This document shows, piece after piece, positions 1 through 9,853 of a DNA stretch of 38,804 nt. The notes below the pieces were generated by a model. It was not told where the DNA came from and did not search any database. It was given only the letters and a program-made list of their open reading frames with translations. A program made the translations under genes and the position numbers. The stretch spans positions 56,503 to 95,306 of the forward strand of contig JBNGIO010006094.1 of assembly GCA_049999805.1 (NCBI GenBank), given 5' to 3'. The stretch comes from Folioceros fuciformis. Taxonomy: Eukaryota. Positions within the stretch are counted from its first letter, which is position 1. Each line of letters opens with the position of its first letter.

Positions 1-1460
1 TGTTCTTCAATGAGACCAAGATGCACAAGAAGCCTACTCCAACTGTGGAAGTGCGACGGGTGGTCTTCCAAGAAGATGGACTTGACCGTCTTGCGCAAGT
101 TGAACGTCGTGATGTGCAGGAACAAGTTCCTCCCCTTGTAGAAGACAAGAGAGTGCAACCAGATCCGGTCAAGGCGCCAGTGCTTCGTAGGTCAGGAAGG
201 ATCTCATGTCCTCCTGACAGGTATGTTGCATCTCTTGATTATGTCATGCTGACGGATTGTGGGGAGCCCTCTTGTTACCAAAAGGCCATGACAGTGATTG
301 ACAAGGACAAGTGGGAGAAGGCGATGCAGTCGCAGATGGAATCGCTCCATAAGAACCAAACTTGGGAGTTGGTTCGGTTGCCTACGAGCAAGAAGGCTTT
401 GCCATGCAAATGGGTGTATAAGATGAAGGACATACCCCATTATGGCAAACCGAAGTACAAGGCGCGATTGGTTGCTAAGGGTTTTAAGCAAGAACAAGGT
501 ATTGACTTTCATGAGATTTTCTCACCAGTTGTCAAAATGACCACCTTGCGATGTGTTCTTGGTCTGGTTGCGAGGCACGACATGGAACTTGTCCAGATGG
601 ATGTGAAGTCGGCATTTCTGCATAGTGATCTCTAGGAAGAGGTATACATGCAGCAACTAGAGGGTTTCATTGAGAAGGGCAAAGAGAGTCTGGTGTGTAG
701 GTTAAAGAAGAGCCTTTATGGTTTGAAGTAGGCACCCAGGGAGTGGTATTTCAAGTTCCACTGATTTATGCTTTCTCAAGGCTACAAACGTAGCAATGAG
801 GATCATTGCCTCTATACGAAGCAAGCTAAGGATGGAAGCTTGCTCATTCTGGTCCTCTATGTGGATGATATGCTGATTGCTGGGACTAACAATGATGAGA
901 TTTTAGCGTTGAAGTCAAAGTTGAATGCTCGCTTTGACATGATAGACTTGGGAGAGGCAAGCCACATTCTTGGCATGCGTATTCGTCGAGACAGACAAAA
1001 GCGTTTGCTTTACTTATCTCAGACTGTGAACATTAACAAGGTGCTTCAACATTTCAATATGGATATGGACAAAAGGAGGTCCGCATCAGGTTATGTCTTC
1101 ATGTGCACTGGAGGGGCAATCTCGTTTACAATCGTGCATAACGCTATCTACCACAAAGGCCGAGTATGTTGCAGCGACTGAGGCTTGCAAGGAAGCCTTG
1201 TGGCTTGCTCGTCTAGTGGGAGATTTGGGGATCAAGGTGAAGCTGCCACTGTTGGATTGTGATAGCCAGAGTGCTATCCAGTGTTTCATGCGAAGACCAA
1301 ACATGTGGAAGTAAAGTACCACTTCATTCGAGAGGTGTTGGAAGACAAAAGGGTACATCTTGTCAAAGTTCACACCAGTCAGAACCCTGCAGATGTTCTT
1401 ACCAAGGGGCTCTCTTCGGAGCAATTTGCACAAGCTCGGACACTCATGGGCATGAGGTAG
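1..1460 (+). pseudogene. pol: copia pol (integrase tail, RT, RNaseH) with stops and deletions
   Basis: In-frame TAG at 633 and 729, where A2 has CAG; ~330-bp deletion near 1060 and 16-bp deletion near 1280 relative to A2. Confidence 0.92.
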
Positions 1461-1502
1461 AGCGCTCTCCTATGAAGGTGAATTGGCCTTTAAGGGAGAG
1501 GT

Positions 1503-1809
1503 TGTAGGGTTATTAAAGCCCAATGTCCTTAGACTAATGTGTTTAGTCTAAGATTAGTGTCTAGTTAAGTACCATTAGTTTAGATTAGCTTAAGCTAATC
1601 TGTAGGAAGCTTCTTGCACAGCTTCCTGTGCGCTTTTGTGAAGCTTCCTATGAAGCTCTTCTAGAGGGTATAAATGCCCCCTTGAGCTCCCTTGCTATTG
1701 AGACTCTATTGTGAGAGTGTGACCTCTCTTTCTCCTCCTCCTTGCCTCTCCTCCTCTCGTCCTTCACTATGTAGTTCCTTCTAGCTATCCTTCAAAACCT
1801 TCTTTATCA
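1503..1809 (+). repeat. 3' LTR of copia A1
   Basis: Starts TGTAGGG directly after the PPT and ends TTTATCA; homology to the inverted copy at 35463-35767 stops at this point; TATAAAT at 1668. Confidence 0.88.
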
Positions 1810-2892
1810 CTTCCCAGCCTCTCACCTACCAAAATTTAGGCGTTGTTGAGCGGCTTGAGGCGCAACTGGCGCAATTGGGTCCGTTCGGATCGCGAGTCTG
1901 AGGCGCCCCATAGGGAGGGTGAAATTATTAGAATTGCATCTGTGAGGGGGAATTGCAGATTGGAGCCTAGCGCCATGGCTTGGCTCGATTCTTCTGCCCT
2001 CTGCAGGAGGGCTGAGGCGTGGCCTCTCTAGTAGGCGTGGGACCCTACAGCGCCTCCCTTTTCCACCCTACTCTTGAAAGTTCTCAACCTTGGTGGTCAC
2101 ACATAATTTCCAGCAGGTTTTCAGCCTTCAGTGATCAACCCTAGTTCATTCGGGACGAGGATCACAATGATTACCCCAATTCAGCCAGCCTACGGGTTCT
2201 TGAGGCAGTTGCGCCCATCTCTCACACACAATTCAAGTGATGGGAGCCTAGACTCCGGTGTGCAAGGCTCGATTCACGAGCGCTCTCAACACGCAATTGC
2301 GTTGTCACCCAAGCGAGGAGGCACGTCGCGGCACCAAAATGGTGCCCCTGTGCCAAATCGTTGCACTTCATTTGGCACCACCAATGTGAACTCGTTTTTT
2401 ATGGCACCAGTTCGAAACCAGTTTCCCTCTGCACCCTTTCACATCCAGCCTTCACCTCTGGCCTTCCTCTCTTTAGGGCCTCTGTTTTTTCCAAATAACT
2501 TAAGCTGTTGGTAGTTGCAAAATTAAGCTCGTGGGCAAAATTTACCAAAGCTCTAGATCACATTAGAAGAGTAGCTTGCTTTTTTTCGACAAACTTATTT
2601 TGGTGACCGAAGATGGTAGCGACAAGCTATGTCCGCTGAAGACTAAACCTCTAGGAAATCTATTTGAATAAGAATTTGGTTAGTGTGCGTCAACGCCATT
2701 TCTTTTGAGTAGGTCAAAGTCTACAAGACCAAGACACCAGTTTTGCGAGCAGGTCCAAGCCTGCAAGATCAAAGTCTTGGTACTTGCAAATTGTTTATGC
2801 TATCCTTTGAAGATACATTTTTCTCTAACGAGTGATCTAGTCGAAGTATCATAATATTTCGACTGCTCGCTCTTCTGTGAAAGTTCTTAAGG

Positions 2893-3940
2893 ATGGCTGC
2901 TCAACCACCACCAACACCAACAATCTTCAACATGATGAACGTCATTACTGACTTCAAGGAGAAGGATCGCTTCGACGGCACAAAATTTGAAGTATGATCT
3001 CGTCGAATGAAGATTGCTTTGAATACTCGGGATCTGCTCCCGATTGTTGAAAATACCTTCCCCAAGCCGTCTGGTCCCCAGACCGCTATTGACACCTGGG
3101 TATGGCAGGACAAACAGGCTATCCATATGCTCATCTCCAGATTAGACGAGGTTACCTTACACCATACTAATGGTGCCATAACCTCTGCTGAAGCTTGGAA
3201 GCAACTCATAGATATCTATCAATCTACTAATGTGATAACTCTTGTTACGGTACGTTTGGAGTTCTACTCATTACGTATGCAACCTAACGACAGTGTTGCT
3301 TAGCACATAAGCAAGTTTAGGTATCTACGCGCTCAACTTGCAGCACTTGGGATGGTAATTTTTGAATTTGATGCTGCAGTCCAACTCTTAGCTAGTCTTC
3401 CCACTAGCTATCAAACCTTTGTCTCTTCCCAGAACCAGATGGTGAGAAATGCTCACCAGGCTGTCCAGTCGGGCATGGTCCCGAATATCACTATGTCAGA
3501 GATCACTGGGGCTCTCCTTCAAGAGGAGGCTGCTAGGTTCAATGCTGGCACATCTCAACACCGGGGAGAAAGGGTCATGTTCGTGACCAACGGTAGGTCA
3601 CAACAGAATAAGAACATGAGCTCTCAGGGACCTTCGGGTTCTTCCAAGTCTCCTAAGAGAGAGGGGACATGTCATTGGTGCCAGATACCTGGCCATTGGG
3701 AGAGAGGGTTGGAAGAAACAGGCTAGTGAGGCCTGCCAGGAGCCAAGGATGGAGAATGTTGCTGTCGTCTCCAAGGCCAAGACCCAGTACCTAGATCAGC
3801 CCGACCTCGTGCTCTAACTGTGTGTTTGGTGGTTTCTATCTACAGGATCTGTGGCTAATTGCTTTTGCGGCATTAGTGCACAACTGTAGCCACAGACACA
3901 TGTTCGCATCATGGCGAAAGATATCGTCTTTGTACGACAA
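2893..3940 (+). pseudogene. gag: copia gag and dead protease of B'
   Basis: MAAQPPP...FKEKDRFDGTKFEV*; internal stops; frameshifted zinc knuckle; LWLIAFAALVHNCSHRHMF aligns with B protease SWLLDSAATAHICSSKHMF but lacks the catalytic Asp. Confidence 0.85.
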
Positions 3941-4803
3941 GTCTTGCAAGACGACATGTTCCGCTCGATTTTGGCCAGGGAGATTGTCTTCTCTACCCAA
4001 TCTTGCATGCGGTCGTCCACGTCATGTCTTGTACATTTTGTGGGCAGATCTGTTCTTACAATTGTTGCCTCACTAATCTCGTGGCATCGGTCTTGATAGA
4101 TGGTCCATTTAGAGGGAGATCGTACCGTGGCGATGCTCTTCTCACACTTCCATGTTCTGGATGCTAGTTGCACTGCTCTTTATAATTGGCTTCTTCACCT
4201 CAAGCGATTCCAGTGTTCATAGTTTATGCTCGAGAGGGGGAAGATGAAGAAGCCATGGCGAGGAGTACTAGAGAACTTGCTACCAGAATCATAGTGCCTC
4301 GTTACGTTGGTGTGGTACATGGCGTTCCCAAGGCGTTCAACAAGCCGACTTCACTACCTCTGAAGACATGCAGATTATCTCTGCTGCAGACGGAGTTCTA
4401 CTTACGCTTCCAAAGGGTTACAATCCTGAAGCAACTGAGTGGAGTTGTTGGCAATCGGTGATGAATATGATTATTTGTCTTCCTCAGAAAAGTGGTCATT
4501 GGAATGGTAGATAGTAGATACTATACGATTTAGGTCACTCACTTAGTGGGGCTATTTGTTTTTGTTCCGTCACTAGGAGTTGTAAGTCGTTGTCGAAAGC
4601 TTACTCTTTTCTGGTCACAAGAGTGGTGTTCTTCTCCACGAGTTGTTGTACACTACAGGCTCACCGTGAGGCAGTTCGACCGACTTTAGGTGATAGTTGA
4701 ATTGAGTAAGGCTAGATTCTAAGCTTGACTACAACAAGAGTGATCTCCTTTTGTTTAATGGAGCTCTTAGATAAGAGCAACCCGCAACGTGTATGAGAGG
4801 GAG

Positions 4804-5025
4804 AGTTAGAAGAAAAAGCAGACCACATTGGTTCTGTACCACGTTGGTTAGTCTAACTAGGCCTTAGCTTTAAATGTAGATAGTTAACTAGCAAGCTAGT
4901 GAAAGGACACAACCCTTCGTAACCCTTTAAAAGCCCACCTATGAGCCTAAACCTTAATTGATTGTTTATCATTCTTAGTAAAGCATCTGCTAGATGCAAG
5001 ACGCTTCCGCATGGCATTTCTAACT
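4804..5025 (+). repeat. 3' LTR of B' with AGTTAG...CTAACT termini
   Basis: Follows the PPT; shares blocks such as AAAAGCCCACCTATGA and AAGACGCTTCCGCATG with the reverse complement of the B LTRs. Confidence 0.88.
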
Positions 5026-5300
5026 GTTTCTATTGGCGCTCCTCCCCAGACACCTATGTGTTTAAGGGACTACCTATTCAGGACATATATAGGTTAAACA
5101 TAACTTGCTTGCCACCTGCCGCACAGCACTTCGCTTGTTCCACAAGAGCTCCCCAACCCAAGTCTGCATAGGAAGCCATGTTGTGGCATGCGAGGTTAGG
5201 GCACATCAATAGATCTAAACTCATTGACATGTCCATTACCGAATGCCACAAAGAACCCCCTTTCAATGGTACAACATAAGTCGTGCAACACATGCATCTT
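5026..5300 (+). pseudogene. Remnant of another copia pol (pre-integrase region), the target of the B' insertion
   Basis: Translation ...KGLPIQDIYRL...*EAMLWHARLGHINRSKL contains the LWHxRLGH motif. Confidence 0.75.
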
Positions 5301-5598
5301 CAGTGGGGCATGAAGGGGGGAAGACATGCAACTTTGGCGGGTCTGCCATGAACGTGCAACACATGCATCTTCAGTGGGACTGTGTAAGGTGTGCAAGATG
5401 TACATCTTTCATCTTCAACATGGCAGATAGTGCATTAACTTTCACCCCCTCCTCACCTTTCATCTAGTTTTGCATGTGCCTAGGATAACTTTCACCTTTT
5501 CTCACCTTTATGTAGTTACTTCTCGACGTCCCTTTGAGGGCACGTTTTGAACGATCCAAGGGTGGTTTAGACTATCCACAAGGCACCGTAGGCATAAC

Positions 5599-5946
5599 GG
5601 TAGGCGCTAATGGTCACTGTGCTCTTAATGCGAGCACGGAAACCAAAGTTCCGACTCACCATGATTAGCATGTCCCAGCGCAGTGGCCATGCCATCGCAT
5701 AGCGCTCATCCACTCTCCCGTTTGTCTCAACGGCATTTCAAGCACCCCCTAATGTAACGTATAATATACCTATACTATATGGCTATACGTATCGTATACC
5801 TATGTGTCTACATATTCCTGAACTCATCTTTAGTTTGAAGAAGTGCATACTCTGCAAGTGTGGTATCCCGGTGCAAACTTTGAAAGTGTCGTATCCCCGT
5901 GCACTCGCGAGGCCAAGCTCCAGAGCTGGTCGTGATCGAATTTGCA
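5599..5946 (+). repeat. Left TIR of the MULE
   Basis: GGTAGGCGCTAATGGTCACTGTGCTCTTAATGCGAGCACG...GAATTTGCA is the diverged reverse complement of 9258-9622. Confidence 0.93.
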
Positions 5947-5948
5947 GA

Positions 5949-6704
5949 ATGAAGCTCAACTTGAACACGGTGGTCGCTCAATTAGAGGAGGACGAGCCTA
6001 CCCAGCTCAACTTTGTGCCTCTGCGCATCACTGTACAAGATTACGATAGAGGCTCACATGTTTATAGAGGTTGCCTGAAATGTTTCACTGGTATCTCGCC
6101 GGAAGGGTGGTGTAAAAAATGTAAGGTTGTTGTGAATGGGCAAATGCAATACCGCCTGCGACTCCTCCTTGCTGATTCTAGTTGTAAGGCATGGGGGACG
6201 GCATTCACTGCTGGTAGAGATTTTATGAGGCTCACCCCTGAAGAGTTTAGCTTGAAGGAATTACGAGGAGAAGGTACAGAAGTCTTGGACCGGTTGCTGC
6301 ACAAGAGTTTCTTGTGCCTCTTCTCCATCAAAAAGGCATCAAGGCGACACCCTTATAGCATCATCATTCTAAGGGCCGATGCAGTCTACGTTCAGGAATT
6401 GTTTCCTGACCTTGGTGTGATGAACAACAGAGCTAATAATTTGCCACAGTTCTGCACAGATGCTCAGACGCCTCTTGTGCAAACAATTTCAGCTTTTCAT
6501 GTGGACACAACTGAGTGCAGAGCCTGTGAAGACCTTGTGAGCAAACATGTGAACGAGCCTTTGTCAATTGCTGTGCCTCTTGTCGTTTGTTGTTCTTTGT
6601 CTATAGTTGTAACTATTGTGTTGGTTTCACTTCCAGCAAAGAGTCTTGCTGCAATATATCTCGTAGTTTCTCTTGCAGCAATTATAGTGTTGAAGTTGTT
6701 GTAA
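5949..6704 (+). CDS. Stand-alone RPA1/RPA70 C-terminal (DBD-C)-like zinc-ribbon OB-fold protein, putative ssDNA-binding
   Basis: YRGCLKC-x9-CKKC followed by YRLRLLLADSSCKAWGTAF...MRLTPEEF matches the Rep_fac-A_C pattern. The ATG lies just inside the TIR edge, after a TTTGCAG acceptor-like site. The domain spans ~5949-6390; the 3' tail of the ORF is uncertain. Confidence 0.8.
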   Translation: MKLNLNTVVAQLEEDEPTQLNFVPLRITVQDYDRGSHVYRGCLKCFTGISPEGWCKKCKVVVNGQMQYRLRLLLADSSCKAWGTAFTAGRDFMRLTPEEFSLKELRGEGTEVLDRLLHKSFLCLFSIKKASRRHPYSIIILRADAVYVQELFPDLGVMNNRANNLPQFCTDAQTPLVQTISAFHVDTTECRACEDLVSKHVNEPLSIAVPLVVCCSLSIVVTIVLVSLPAKSLAAIYLVVSLAAIIVLKLL

Positions 6705-6820
6705 GTGGTCAAAGACACAAGCTGTCCAACGTAAATTACAAAGTGCTTACTACAGTTGGTTTTCAATTGATGTCTTACATGTCCATATACCACAAATAGG
6801 CTTGCATTGCCTACCACATA

Positions 6821-9230
6821 TTATGGAACAATGGTGTCCACTTGTCCAGCAAGCTCCACGAAAGTGGGCTGTTTCTTCTTAGATAGCAGCTTCCAAGTAT
6901 TACTTCTTTCCCAAAAAGCAAGCTTCCTTTTCAAGCTATTATCCAAATTACTATTATCAGCTAGCAATGGAAGTGTTGGAAGCATGATGTTACCTATTGC
7001 ACTAGCTCCCATGCCCTCTAATTGTCTGATCATTTGCTGGAATAAGCTCTTCGCGTGCTGCTGAAGCAAAGGCCACTTTTCCAAAACGAATGTCAATTGC
7101 TAGTAAAAAGCTTCCAAACTTGGAGATGTCACCAATGTACCTACTGTGCACATGGTTGCTTGCTTAAGAGCGGGAATACCAATCTCACCTTGGCTACTTG
7201 TCCCCAAGCTACTATCATGTGGTAGGAAATTCTCCCACATAGAAGTGTCCTCTTCAGGACTAGGTAGAAAGCTATGTTGGAACTCAGTTTGAGCAACTGC
7301 AACTTCAGAATACCTAACAACCAGCTTTTGAGTGGGGACTACCTTATCCATGAGCAACATAACCTTGAGCTAGTGTTTGCACATGAAACCTCGTGTCCCT
7401 TGCTTACATGTACAATAACCCCAAGCAGTTCCAACACCACTTACAATATTTCTACGTGTTGTCCCATTGTCCTGACTCTTGACATAAGCAATATTTGGAG
7501 AGTCTGGAGTTGGTAAGACCACATGGTTGTCTAATATGGCTGTTGCTTTTTGGAGAGCACTCCGCACAATGTTCTCGTGCTTGGAATTTCGAAGCATGCC
7601 AACTGCCTTATACTGGGCTACATACCAAAAGTGTCTGTTAACCTCTTCGAACAAAATATGCAGCAGCCAATCCCATTGCCAATTACGAAGGGTTTTCTTG
7701 GAGAGCAAATGGGTACTTCAGATGTTTGTGATATGCTTCTATGGATGAGTTGCAGTCTTGTCCGACATGTGGAATTGTCCTAATTGCTTTAATCCACTGT
7801 AGCATGTTAAAACCCCACTGGTCTTTAAAATACTTCACAAAGCTGCTAGCAGACTCTTGGAAGGTAGCATAAAACAATTCAAGTCTTTGCATGCATGCTT
7901 GGTTTATGTCTACCCCGACATCAATGTCCATATGCATGATGTCACCTAATGATTTCATAATTGCATACCTGGTGTCGGGTGCCTTCACTGTTTCAGCAAT
8001 TGCCACAGCCAAGCCCTCCGAACATGCCATAGACACAAGAAAATCAGCACGTTACTTCCAAACACAGACTTGATGCCATTTATTTCCGCCATACAATTGT
8101 CTACCAGAAAAGCGGTCGGTTGCCAATCTGCCCTATGTAGAAGCATCCTTGCTCGTAAGGATTCCAGCCACTTTGAAATATTGGCTGCCGTAGCCTTGTT
8201 GGTAATCACCCAAGCCACAGGGATACCGTTAAAATGATCGTAAAAAACCAATAGAGTGAATAGCTGGAACTTCCACTTATTGGTGCCAAATGTAGCATCC
8301 ACACATATCACTGACTTGTGACCCCAACGCAACATAGACTGTAACTGAAAATCTGTTTGGATGTCTAACATAAAATCCTTGGCATGTAGTTCTTCTCCTG
8401 GCAAAGGGAAAAATACCTCCTCTCTGTGGACATCTATCCATAGCTTGACACTCACCTCATCATTTCCATGGAATCGCCACACCCTGGAATCCAACCCTGC
8501 CTGCAAATTTCTTATGTCTCTAGGCAGAAAAAAAACATCCCGCTCAAGGATTGCTTGCACATCACGATACTTCCTTAAAAACACCTTACACTCATGGTCA
8601 ATCAGGATCTGAAAAGCAGTTGTCTTACGGAGCAAGTTATACTTCACCCACTCCTTCTTAGTTGTGGACAGGTAGTAAAAAGCAAGGGTACAATTTGAAG
8701 CTGAATCACTCGCTAACATACATGACAATACTCTCCCGTTGAATCAATGTGCTCCCTTCAATGTAGTCTCAGTTCAGCAACCTCAGAAAACATCTCCAGC
8801 TGTGTTACAAATAACAAAAACTGGCACCCACGTTTCTTGCTTTCTCCACAGGCAATCTTGGACCGCCTGCTCCCTTTGCCTAACTTTGGCTTGTTAGTGC
8901 TGTCCACAGAAACTGCAAAATCTGGAGGAGTTTGCTTTCGGTAGCCATAAGCACAAGCAAACTTGATGTAGTACCAAGGAGTGGTAGATGAAATTCCTCT
9001 TCGCCTCACACCAGATCTGGTCCAAACATTGGCCCTTATCAATTTGGTGGGGAAGAATGTCGACTTCTCTTCGCCAGCTATGAAATCTGGGTACCTCATC
9101 CATGCTCACCATCCTGCCAATTCAATGTCTCCTTACAAAAAGGATCAAGACCTGAATTTTGCACTTGAAAAGGGCAAGGTTGAGGTAGGATGGGGGCACC
9201 CACATGCCTTCTTGGCATTGATTCATCCAT
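6821..9230 (-). pseudogene. MULE transposase with SWIM zinc finger, broken by frameshifts and stops
   Basis: CVDATFGTNK (D1), GIPVAW, FLVDNCMAE (D2), CLWHVRRAW (CxxH), NSSIEAYH (E), SWIM CTC..CKH; N-terminal PDFIAGEE and KRGCQF; split over at least six ORF pieces. Start position approximate. Confidence 0.9.
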
Positions 9231-9257
9231 AAACTCTACATGATTGTCTTCTCTGGT

Positions 9258-9622
9258 TGCAAATTTGGTCACAACAAGCTCTGGACTTGGCCTCCCGAGT
9301 ACGCGGGGATACGGCCCGCGAGTACGCGGGGATACGGCACTTTCAGAGTTTGCACCGGGATACCATACTTTCAGAGTATGCACTTCTTCAAACTAAAGAC
9401 GGATTCAAGAATACGTAGACAGATAGGTATACGGTACGTATAGCTATACAATATAGGTATATAATACGTTACATTAGGGGGTGCACGAAATGCCATCGAG
9501 ACGAACGGGAGAGTGGATGAGCGCGATGGCATGGCGGCTGCGCTGTGACATGCTAACCATGGTGAGTCGGCACTTTGGTTTTCGTGCTCGCATTAAGAGC
9601 ACAGGGACCATTAGCGCCTGCC
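9258..9622 (-). repeat. Right TIR of the MULE
   Basis: Reverse complement of the left TIR; contains a 23-nt-period duplication CGAGTACGCGGGGATACGGC (9296-9315, 9319-9338) absent from the left TIR. Confidence 0.93.
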
Positions 9623-9853
9623 TGCCTGGCAGAACGTGGACGTTTTGGTGGTTAACGTGCCCACACAGGCAACACCTCAGTAGTGAGAAGCATGGGAGCT
9701 GTTTCTGCGATCGGCGAGCAACTGCTTCACAAAGCAAAATCGGACTTCGCTACAGGTTCGATAACTCGCCTTCAAAATCGGCAGCATGATGTCCCCAATG
9801 TGGTCAGCAAGCAAAAAAGGGCAAAGGCACACCATACAACACTGCGACTATAA

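Larger units (their letters stand above)
1..1809 (+). mobile_element. Ty1/copia LTR retrotransposon A1 (Tnt1/Tork-like), 3' portion only, degenerate
   Basis: RT motifs KARLVAKGF, QMDVKSAFLH, LYVDDML; RNaseH LSTTKAEY and NPADVLTK; PPT at 1491-1502; TG..CA LTR at 1503-1809. The 5' part lies outside the window. Confidence 0.95.
1810..5025 (+). mobile_element. Non-autonomous copia B' (relative of element B); 5' LTR not in window
   Basis: gag homologous to B (MKIALNTRDLLPIVE vs MKTPLNTRDLLPLVE; GALLQEEA; GTCHWCQIPGHWE); pol reduced to ~1 kb of decayed sequence; PPT GAGAGGGAG at 4795-4803; LTR homologous to the B LTRs. Confidence 0.88.
5599..9622. mobile_element. Mutator-like (MULE) DNA transposon with long TIRs and two convergent genes
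   Basis: ~350-bp inverted repeats bracket a MULE/SWIM transposase (-) and an OB-fold ORF (+). Outer ends are ambiguous and may extend to 5538/9662. Confidence 0.9.

Noticed and set aside
5802-5948. Upstream extension of the OB ORF
   Set aside because: It lies inside the TIR and the frame is not kept in the opposite TIR; the ATG at 5949 fits the domain start.
6550-6704. Hydrophobic C-terminus of the OB ORF as a transmembrane anchor
   Set aside because: T-rich sequence lying antisense to the A-rich transposase 3' region; it may be intron or UTR read-through and has no independent support.
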